From contig CANKOL010000010.1 in the NCBI GenBank assembly GCA_947483975.1, forward strand, positions 1-34,260: 34,260 nucleotides of DNA, read 5' to 3'. Shown piece by piece: positions 1-7,165 of the stretch. Position numbers and translations under genes: made by a program. Positions within the stretch are counted from its first letter, which is position 1. Each line of letters opens with the position of its first letter. The notes below the pieces were generated by a model. It saw only the letters and a program-made list of their open reading frames with translations. It had not been told where the DNA came from and did no database searches. Origin of the DNA: Sandaracinaceae bacterium. GTDB taxonomy: Bacteria > Myxococcota_A > Polyangia > Polyangiales > JADJQN01.

Positions 1-551
1 ACGAGGGCGGGAGTCAGGTGCAGAGGCCCGTCCTTGGCGAGCGCCGCCCAGAGCGGCCTCGCCTGCTCCACCGTCGGCGTACGAAGCCGGAGGCCGCGCG
101 CGCTGCCACGCCCTCCGCGCGCGCTCTTGCGCGCACGCCCCGCGCCGCCCCAAGCGACGCGCTCCTCCCGCACAGACGGCTCGCCCTCGTAGCGCTCCTC
201 GAGATCGTCGAGCGCCGCGCCGCGCGCCTCGACGACGATGGGCGCGTCGCAGTTGCGACACTCCCCCGCGTCCGTCTCCTCGGGAGCGACGACGCCGAGC
301 CGCTCGCAGACGTCCCGGAGCGCGTGAAAGTCCCGCAGATCGAGCGCGAGCACCTCGTCCTTCGTGAGCGCGCCGCGCTCCTTGCCCTCCGCGCGCTCGA
401 CGACGAGCGCCCCCTCGAGCAGCGCGCCGAGCGTCCTCCCCACGAAGAGCCGCGTCCCCTCGACGACGTCGTCCGTGCGCGGGGCTCCCTTGCCCGCACG
501 CCGCACGCGCACGCGCAGCCCGCTCGGCAGACGAATCAGAGAGCCAGCCAT
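1..551 (-). CDS. Partial CDS (3' end beyond left edge); hypothetical CxxC protein with a T4 gp26/baseplate-hub-like pattern
   Basis: Not in the ORF track because it has no stop in the window. Manual translation from ATG at 551 (GAGG upstream, 4 nt after the previous stop) is open to the edge: MAGSLIRLPSGLRVRVRR...TKDEVLALDLRDFHALRD...GECRNCDAPIVVE...GLRLRTPTVEQARPLW. The product call is pattern-based only. Confidence 0.6.
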   Translation of the reverse strand, partial: MAGSLIRLPSGLRVRVRRAGKGAPRTDDVVEGTRLFVGRTLGALLEGALVVERAEGKERGALTKDEVLALDLRDFHALRDVCERLGVVAPEETDAGECRNCDAPIVVEARGAALDDLEERYEGEPSVREERVAWGGAGRARKSARGGRGSARGLRLRTPTVEQARPLWAALAKDGPLHLTPAL

Positions 552-555
552 CGCC

Positions 556-1242
556 TCAGGGCGTCTCGGGGCGCTCTTCGGCCGACGGCGCGCCGGCGTC
601 GGCGCTGACCGCATCGAGGATCGCGCCCGCCGCCTGAACGTAGAAGTCGATCAGCGTTCGCTGCTGCGTGTCGTCGAGCGTGAAGCGCGCATCGCACGCG
701 ACGAGCGTCAGCTCGCGCGCGCGAGTCAGCGCTTCGACGACCTCGAGCGGCATATCGGCGAGCGTCGCCGTACGCGTCGCCGCGTCGAAGGTCGCGGCCG
801 GGAACGGCGCAGGTCCGCGCTCCGTGACCGCCGCGAGCGCGTGACAGTCCTCCGACACGGCCCGCGAGAGATCGAGAAAGCGCAGCTCCACGTCCGGCGA
901 GCCGAGCACGAAGCGCAGCGACCACACCCCCTGCGAGAACGGCAATTCCCAGCGGACGATGGTCTTGCCCTCGTCGGGCCCAGTGCCCGGCTCCACCGTC
1001 ACCGCGCCCGGCACCGCCGTCGGAATCGGCCGCACGAGCGGGTCGAGCACGTGCACCTCGGACTGCGGCGGCGGCGGATCCCCGGTGCCCTCGGCCCCGC
1101 CTCCATCGCGCGCGTCCGCGCCGTGCGCGCTCACCGCGTGCCCACCGGGGGCCTCCTCCGCGGCGAAGCGCCACGCGAGCCCCGCGACGAGCACCAAACC
1201 GACGACGCCGGCGATCACCCACGCTCGCGCTGCTCTCTTCAT
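556..1242 (-). CDS. Hypothetical protein with N-terminal membrane anchor/signal sequence
   Basis: MKR followed by a hydrophobic stretch (WVIAGVVGLVLVAGLAW) and a Pro/Gly linker. ATGA overlap with the regulator stop and a GAGGAG SD. Confidence 0.75.
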   Translation of the reverse strand: MKRAARAWVIAGVVGLVLVAGLAWRFAAEEAPGGHAVSAHGADARDGGGAEGTGDPPPPQSEVHVLDPLVRPIPTAVPGAVTVEPGTGPDEGKTIVRWELPFSQGVWSLRFVLGSPDVELRFLDLSRAVSEDCHALAAVTERGPAPFPAATFDAATRTATLADMPLEVVEALTRARELTLVACDARFTLDDTQQRTLIDFYVQAAGAILDAVSADAGAPSAEERPETP

Positions 1243-2771
1243 GGCTCCTCAGTCTCGTCCGGAGTGCTCGCAGGGACGCGCACACCGACCTCATCGCTCG
1301 AGACGAGCGGCGAGAAGAAGTTGTCCTTCTTGGTGTATTCGTCGACTCGAAAGGCGTATTTGTAGCTCGGCGCCGCGCGCTGATTGCAGTCCGCGCGCGA
1401 GCAGAATCGGCACGTCGTCCCGACCGGGACTGCCATCTTCCGCGGGTCGGCAAAGGGCATCTCGTCCGCATAGACGAGGTATTTGGCGTTGTCCGCGTAG
1501 GTGCCTAGTCCGATCGAATACACCGTGCCGCGCGCGAGCGAGCCTTGGTCCGGACTCGCGAGCACCTTCGCGAAGCAGAAGTACGTCGCGCCGTCGGGAA
1601 ACACGCTGTATTGCCGCGCGAGCGCGCTCGGCGTGAGGAACGAGATGTTCGTCGCCCACTTCGGGCACGCGCCCGTCCCCGTTGGGAAGCGAATCCCCGT
1701 CTGCGAATATCGCTTCGAGATATTCCCCGCCGCGTCGACGCGCGAGAAGTGAAACGGGACACCGCGCTTCTTGGGATCGCTCAAGTTGCAGATGCGGTGT
1801 GCGACCGTCTCGTACGAAGAGTCGAAGAGGCTCGTCAGCAGCTCCACGTCGTAGCGCGTGCGCGTGACCTCACCGAAGAACTCGTCGTACGGCAAGAGCA
1901 GCGCGCCGGCGAAGTAGTTCGCGAGATGCACCTTGAGCAGCGTGCGCGTGTCCGCGCTCCTCTCCGCCGCGCCCGTCTCCGCGAAGATGCGCTCGTGCAG
2001 GCGCTCCTCGTCGAAGAGCCGCAGGGCGATGGTCACCGCGAGCTGAAACGTGAGCCGCTGCTCGAAGAGCGCCGTCGAGAGCGTCAGCGTGCCCGCGGCG
2101 GGGTCCCAGCGGCGCACGACGGTCGAGTCTTCGCTCGGCGGCACGAAGCGCACCTCGACGCCGAACCGTCCGCGCAGCAGCGCGAGGAGCTCCCGGCTGC
2201 CGAGGCGCAGCCCGAGGTTCGCGTCGCGGCGCAGCTCCTCCGCGCGCGCCTCGAGCGCCTTGAACCAATTGCCGTGCTGCTCGAGGAAGTCGCTCAGCTC
2301 GTCGAACGGCGAGTAGTCGAAGCGCAGCCCGCCGTCCGACGCCTCGTCCGAGCCCTCCGCGCCGCCGCGCGCGACCGCGTGCAGCAAGTGCTCGAGCTGC
2401 GAGCGCGTGTTCTTGTACAGGTTGAAGAGCGCGGTGAGCGTCGTCGCGAGCTTCGGCTCTCGACCGAGCACCTGCAGATCTTCCTCCGTGAGGTTGAGCG
2501 GGCGCAGCAGCGGCTCGTCGAGCAGCTTGACCAGCCCCTCGTCGGCGGGCGGCTCGCCGAGCCCCGCCATGAACGGCGCGAGCGCGACGCCGTAGAGCTC
2601 GAGCGCTCGAAAGAGCAGCGGCAACTGCACGGCGCGCTTGCCCTTCTCGAGCAGCGAGAGGTACGCGGGCGAGACCGATAGGCGCCGCGCGACCTCGCCC
2701 TGCGGAAGCCCGCGCTCAAGGCGCAGCTCCCGCAGCCGCTGCCCCATCTGAAGGTTGTAGCCACCGTCCAT
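1239..2771 (-). CDS. XRE-HTH short-chain fatty acyl-CoA regulator (ScfR; RamB/PrpR-like, DUF2083 C-terminus)
   Basis: N-terminal HTH (GQRLRELRLERGLPQGEVARRLSVSPAYLSLLEKGKR), ANYFAGALLLPY, SYETVAHR, RVDAAGNISKR, GACPKW and C-terminal CRFCSRADCNQRA. Start placed at ATG 2771 (MDGGYN); the ORF track extends to 2816. Confidence 0.9.
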   Translation of the reverse strand: MDGGYNLQMGQRLRELRLERGLPQGEVARRLSVSPAYLSLLEKGKRAVQLPLLFRALELYGVALAPFMAGLGEPPADEGLVKLLDEPLLRPLNLTEEDLQVLGREPKLATTLTALFNLYKNTRSQLEHLLHAVARGGAEGSDEASDGGLRFDYSPFDELSDFLEQHGNWFKALEARAEELRRDANLGLRLGSRELLALLRGRFGVEVRFVPPSEDSTVVRRWDPAAGTLTLSTALFEQRLTFQLAVTIALRLFDEERLHERIFAETGAAERSADTRTLLKVHLANYFAGALLLPYDEFFGEVTRTRYDVELLTSLFDSSYETVAHRICNLSDPKKRGVPFHFSRVDAAGNISKRYSQTGIRFPTGTGACPKWATNISFLTPSALARQYSVFPDGATYFCFAKVLASPDQGSLARGTVYSIGLGTYADNAKYLVYADEMPFADPRKMAVPVGTTCRFCSRADCNQRAAPSYKYAFRVDEYTKKDNFFSPLVSSDEVGVRVPASTPDETEEP

Positions 2772-2854
2772 TCGCGCGCTTCTCCGGGCGACCTTAGCGC
2801 GGTTACCCACGTTCACGAAGCAGCGGCTGCGCCGGCAATGCTAAGAATCCGGCC

Positions 2855-3919
2855 ATGACGCTCGACCGCACCGTCACGGAAGCCGCGCTCGAGCGCAACG
2901 AAGCCCTCCTGCGCCGCGAGCGCGCGCGCGTGATCGACCTGCCGTCGCGCTTTCTCCTGCAGATGGCGCACCTGACGACGCCGGCGACCGTGTGGAAGTA
3001 CGTCGAGGGCGCGTGCACGCGGAGCGCCGCGAACCTCGTGATGCTGGACCTCGAGGACTCCATCCCGCGCGGCAACGAGGCGCTGCTCGCGCAAGGTCGC
3101 GCGAACATCGTGCGCGCCTATCGAGAGCTCGACTGGGGCGCGCGGCTGCGCTTCTTCCGCCCGCGCGGGCTCGAGCTCGATCCCGGGCACGAGGACGTGC
3201 AGTTCATCGTCGGCGCGTGCGGGGCGCGCATCGATGGGCTCGTCTATCCGAAGGTCGAGTCCGCCGACGAGGTGCGCTCGCTCGACGAGACGCTGACCGC
3301 GCTCGAGCAGCAGCACGGCCTGCCGCACGGTCAGCTCAAGGTGGAGCTGTTGATCGAGAGCGCCGCCGCGGAGGAGCACGCCTTCGAGATCGCGCAGGCG
3401 AGCCGGCGCCTCGTCGGGCTCGTGTTCGGCGCCTACGACTACTGGAGCTCGCTCGGCATGGTCGGCGAGCCGTACCGCACCGAGCACCCGCTGATTCAGG
3501 GCGCGCGCGCACGCATCGTGAAGGCCGCGGCGAGCGTCGGCGTGCCCGCGATCGCGGAGATGACGCTCAATTATCCGACGAAGGACAAGTCGCCCGCCGA
3601 GCAGCAAGCGGCGCTCGACGAGTGCCGCGCCGACGCCCTCGCCGCCAAGCGCTTCGGCTTCGCGGGCAAGTGGACCGGCATCCCGCAGCAGACCGCGATC
3701 GCCGTCGAGGTCTTCTCGCTCGACGACGCGCTGATCCGGGCGGCGGTCGAGAGCGCGAAGGCCTTCCTCGCCGCCGAGCGCGAGGGGCGCGGCGCCGTGA
3801 TGATCGACGGCAAGATGGCCGACCGCGCGACCGACCGCGTGCACCGCGTGACGCTGCAGACCGCGTACGCGCTCGGCCGCCTCGACGCCGAAACCGCCGC
3901 AGAGCTCGGCCTGCGCTGA
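2855..3919 (+). CDS. CitE/HpcH family CoA-ester lyase (malyl-CoA/citryl-CoA lyase-like)
   Basis: Motifs MLDLEDSI, YPKVESADEV, LIESA, FGAYDY and C-terminal GAVMIDGKMAD. Confidence 0.85.
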   Translation: MTLDRTVTEAALERNEALLRRERARVIDLPSRFLLQMAHLTTPATVWKYVEGACTRSAANLVMLDLEDSIPRGNEALLAQGRANIVRAYRELDWGARLRFFRPRGLELDPGHEDVQFIVGACGARIDGLVYPKVESADEVRSLDETLTALEQQHGLPHGQLKVELLIESAAAEEHAFEIAQASRRLVGLVFGAYDYWSSLGMVGEPYRTEHPLIQGARARIVKAAASVGVPAIAEMTLNYPTKDKSPAEQQAALDECRADALAAKRFGFAGKWTGIPQQTAIAVEVFSLDDALIRAAVESAKAFLAAEREGRGAVMIDGKMADRATDRVHRVTLQTAYALGRLDAETAAELGLR

Positions 3920-4041
3920 AGAGCTGTCGAAAAATGCCCGACAGCGGCTTACGTCCTCACGCAGACCCTGCGAAATACAGGAGTATTCCTCGGGTCTGCG
4001 CTCCGGGCGCGCTCGCTCTCGGACTATTTTTCTACAGCTCT
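3920..4041 (+). mobile_element. MITE-like fold-back repeat element, copy 1 (122 bp)
   Basis: 16-bp terminal inverted repeats AGAGCTGTCGAAAAAT (3920-3935) and ATTTTTCTACAGCTCT (4026-4041), 15/16 match. Flanked by a TGA direct repeat (3917-3919, the lyase stop, and 4042-4044). Internal stems CGCAGACCC/GGGTCTGCG and GAAATAC-AGGA-GTATTCC. Homologous to 31825-31948. Confidence 0.7.
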
Positions 4042-4092
4042 TGAGCTCGCGCACCGCTGCGCGCGACGCTCGACGCCCGGAAGCGCGCGGGC

Positions 4093-5139
4093 TCAGAGCC
4101 TCAGCGCAGCGCGCGCTTCGATGCGCGTCAGGCGGTGCTCCGTGTCGACGAGAAAGAGATGCTCGTGGTTCTCGGTGTGCGAGACGGCGCCGACCTTCTC
4201 GCCCTGCGGGCTGTAGATGCCGATCTTCGCGCCGACGTAGCGATGGAACGGCACGGCGACCTCGTGCACCACCCCGCGCGGGCCGAGGATCGCGTGGATC
4301 GCGGCCGGCGCGAGGTAGCCCTCGTCGTTGAACGACACCAGCAGAAAGCGCGCGTCGATCGCGTCGATCAGCTGACGAAACGCCACTTCGCCGTCCTTGC
4401 GCCTATTGAACGCGCTCTTGTGAGTGCGGCAGTCGACGCGCTTCCTCGCGATGCCGTACGTCTCCGGCGCGTCCCAGCGCACGAGCGTCTCCCACACGTG
4501 GTAGTTGCCGCGATAGCTGTGCTGGTTGTACGGCGGATCGAGGTACGCGAGGTCGACGCGACCGACCGCGCGCGCCGCCTCCGCCGCGTCGAGCCCGAGC
4601 GCCGCGCCGTCTCCATCGAGCACCTCCGGGAGCCGCAGCGCGAGCGCGTTGTGCGCGCGCTTAGCCCACTGCTTGAGGTACGCCATCTGCACGCCGACGG
4701 TCGAATCGACGCGATCGGCGGCCTCCATCAGCGACACCAGCAGCACCGCCTCGAGCTCGGGCTCGAGCGAGAGCCCGGCGATGCGCTCCCGGATCGCCTC
4801 GATGCGCGCGCCGTTGTCCGGATGAAAATAGCGCGACTCGACGCAGTACGTCTGCGTGAACCAGCCTGCGCGCGGAGCCACCGCGGAGAGCTCCGGAAGC
4901 AGCCGCTCAGCCTCCGCCCGCACGCGGCGCCCATCGGCCTGCACGTAGCAGCGCGCGAGCGTCTGCGCGTAGGTGTTGTGGTCGTTCGCCGTGACGCGCA
5001 GCCCGGCGCGCTTCCACGCGTGCGCGACCCGCGCGGTGCCGCTGAAGAGGTCCACCGCCGTGCGCACCGTCGGCAACGCCCCGACGAGCGAGACGAGGCG
5101 CGGGACGAGCACGCGCTTGCTACCGAGATATTTGATCAC
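4093..5139 (-). CDS. N6-adenine DNA methyltransferase (D12 class), apparently orphan
   Basis: N-terminal KYLGSK, motif I DLFSGTARV, motif IV YLDPPYN, SFNDEG. GTG start. Confidence 0.9.
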   Translation of the reverse strand: MIKYLGSKRVLVPRLVSLVGALPTVRTAVDLFSGTARVAHAWKRAGLRVTANDHNTYAQTLARCYVQADGRRVRAEAERLLPELSAVAPRAGWFTQTYCVESRYFHPDNGARIEAIRERIAGLSLEPELEAVLLVSLMEAADRVDSTVGVQMAYLKQWAKRAHNALALRLPEVLDGDGAALGLDAAEAARAVGRVDLAYLDPPYNQHSYRGNYHVWETLVRWDAPETYGIARKRVDCRTHKSAFNRRKDGEVAFRQLIDAIDARFLLVSFNDEGYLAPAAIHAILGPRGVVHEVAVPFHRYVGAKIGIYSPQGEKVGAVSHTENHEHLFLVDTEHRLTRIEARAALRL

Positions 5140-5184
5140 TCACCGTCTCCGCGGTGTGACCGTACACGCTGTCGGACGACCGCG

Positions 5185-5198
5185 GCATACGCGTATGC
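5185..5198. promoter_or_regulatory. Perfect 14-bp palindrome overlapping a candidate -10 box (TATGCT) upstream of pckG
   Basis: GCATACGCGTATGC in the 115-bp divergent MTase/pckG spacer. Confidence 0.35.
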
Positions 5199-5254
5199 TT
5201 CGTCGCCTCGATTCACCCGACGTGCACGCCGTGCCCGTCGCAGAAGGGCCCCTG

Positions 5255-7087
5255 ATGACCACGACTCCCACGAACACGGACGCGACGACGAACGCCTCGG
5301 CCAGCCTCCCAGCGACGACGAACACGACGCTCTTCGAGTGGGTCGGCGAGATGGCGAAGCTCACGCAGCCCGATCACATCGTCTGGTGCGATGGCTCGGA
5401 CGCAGAGCGCCGCCGCCTCACCGAGCACGCCGTCGCGACCGGCGTGCTCAAGCCGCTCGATCCCAAGAAGCGCCCCGGCTGCTACCTCAGCCGCTCGAGC
5501 CCGAACGACGTCGCGCGCGTCGAGCACCTGACGTTCATCTGCACGCCGACCAAGGAAGAGGCCGGCCCGACGAACAACTGGATGGCCCCGGCGGACGCGT
5601 ACGCGAAGCTCGGCAAGCTCTTCGACGGCTCGATGAAGGGCCGCACGATGTACGTCGTGCCGTACGTGATGGGCCCGGTGGACTCGCCCTTCTCGAAGGT
5701 CGGCGTGGAGCTGACGGACAGCGTCTACGTCGTGCTGAACATGAGGATCATGACGCGCATGGGGCGCGCGGCGCTCGAGCGCCTCGGTGACTCGAACGAC
5801 TTCAACCGCGGCGTGCACTCGACGCTCGATCTCGATCCCGAGAAGCGCTTCATCTGCCACTTCCCCGAGGACAACACGATCTGGAGCGTCGGCTCGGGCT
5901 ACGGCGGCAACGTGCTGCTCGGCAAGAAGTGCCTCGCGCTGCGCATCGGCAGCTACCTCGGCAAGAAGGAGGGCTGGCTCGCGGAGCATATGCTGATCCT
6001 CGGCGTCGAGTCCCCCGAGGGGCAGTTCAGCTACGTCGCGGCGGCGTTCCCCAGCGCGTGCGGCAAGACGAATTTCGCGATGATGATCCCGCCGCGTCGC
6101 TTCAAGGGCTGGAAGATCTGGACCGTCGGCGACGACATCGCGTGGATGCGCGTCGGCGACGACGGACGCCTCTGGGCGGTCAACCCGGAGAACGGCTACT
6201 TCGGCGTCGCGCCCGGCACGAGCCTGAAGTCGAACGCGAACGCGATGCAGACGACCGCGAAGGACACGCTCTTCACGAACGTCGCGGCGACGGCTGACGG
6301 CGATGTGTGGTGGGACGGCATCGACGGCGAGGTGCCGGACGAGCTGACCGACTGGCAGGGTCGCCCGTGGAAGAAGGGCGCGGCCGACAAGGCGTCGCAC
6401 CCCAACTCGCGGTTCACCGCGCCGGTCACCAACAACCCGATGCTCTCGCGCGAGTGGGACAACCCTGCGGGCGTGCCGATCAGCGCGATCATCTTCGGCG
6501 GTCGCCGCGCGGACACCGTGCCGCTCGTCCTGCAGAGCTTCAACTGGCTACACGGCGTCTACCTCGGCGCGACCCTCGGCTCGGAGACGACGGCCGCGGC
6601 GACGGGCAAGGTCGGCATCCTGCGGCGTGATCCCATGGCGATGCTGCCCTTCTGTGGCTACGACATGGGCACGTACTTCGGCCACTGGCTCGCGATGCGG
6701 CACCGCATCCAGAACCCGCCGAAGATCTTCCTCGTCAACTGGTTCCGCAAGGACGAAGAGGGCAAGTTCGTGTGGCCGGGCTTCGGCGAGAACGTCCGCG
6801 TGCTGAAGTGGATCGTGGACCGCGCGCGCGTGCGCATCGGCGGGCGCGAGACGCCGGTCGGTTGGGTGCCACGCGAGGGCGACGTCGATCTCTCCGGGCT
6901 CGACATCTCTGCCGAGCGCTTCGAGATCGCGACGAAGGTCTCGGCGAAGGAGTGGATGAAGGAGCTCGAGAGCCAGGGCGAGTGGCTCGCGAGCCTCGGA
7001 CCCACGGTGCCCGCGGCGCTTCACAAGCAGCGCGAGCTGCTCGTCGCCGCGATGGCGACGCACCCCGACCTGGCGGAAGAGGGCTGA
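5255..7087 (+). CDS. pckG: Phosphoenolpyruvate carboxykinase (GTP)
   Basis: SPNDVARVE, GSGYGGNVLLGKKC, WLAEHM, AFPSACGKTN, VGDDIAWM, NPENGYFGVAPGT, HPNSRF, FGGRR, DPMAMLPFCGY, VNWFRK. Start placed at ATG 5255. Confidence 0.96.
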   Translation: MTTTPTNTDATTNASASLPATTNTTLFEWVGEMAKLTQPDHIVWCDGSDAERRRLTEHAVATGVLKPLDPKKRPGCYLSRSSPNDVARVEHLTFICTPTKEEAGPTNNWMAPADAYAKLGKLFDGSMKGRTMYVVPYVMGPVDSPFSKVGVELTDSVYVVLNMRIMTRMGRAALERLGDSNDFNRGVHSTLDLDPEKRFICHFPEDNTIWSVGSGYGGNVLLGKKCLALRIGSYLGKKEGWLAEHMLILGVESPEGQFSYVAAAFPSACGKTNFAMMIPPRRFKGWKIWTVGDDIAWMRVGDDGRLWAVNPENGYFGVAPGTSLKSNANAMQTTAKDTLFTNVAATADGDVWWDGIDGEVPDELTDWQGRPWKKGAADKASHPNSRFTAPVTNNPMLSREWDNPAGVPISAIIFGGRRADTVPLVLQSFNWLHGVYLGATLGSETTAAATGKVGILRRDPMAMLPFCGYDMGTYFGHWLAMRHRIQNPPKIFLVNWFRKDEEGKFVWPGFGENVRVLKWIVDRARVRIGGRETPVGWVPREGDVDLSGLDISAERFEIATKVSAKEWMKELESQGEWLASLGPTVPAALHKQRELLVAAMATHPDLAEEG

Positions 7088-7097
7088 ACGCCGCTCA

Positions 7098-7165
7098 GGG
7101 GTTGCAGAGCGAACATGGCGGGGGGCTTGTCCCCCGCCGGTTCGCGGCCACCTGTCGGCAGCTCG
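7098..7165. repeat. REP-like GC hairpin unit between convergent genes (possible bidirectional terminator)
   Basis: GCGAAC..GGCGGGGG-GCTTGT-CCCCCGCC.GTTCGC stem-loop (7109-7145). The 68-bp unit is bracketed by TCA at 7095-7097 and 7166-7168. Confidence 0.5.

Noticed and set aside
3917..4044. Hairpin right after TGA as a SECIS element (selenocysteine read-through), also at the rlmM stop
   Set aside because: Both proteins are already complete at the TGA, there is no Cys/Sec catalytic context, and the TIR/target-duplication layout fits a repeat element better.
4093..5139. Complete restriction-modification or defence island
   Set aside because: No nuclease, specificity subunit or other defence gene lies next to the methyltransferase; its neighbours are metabolic genes.
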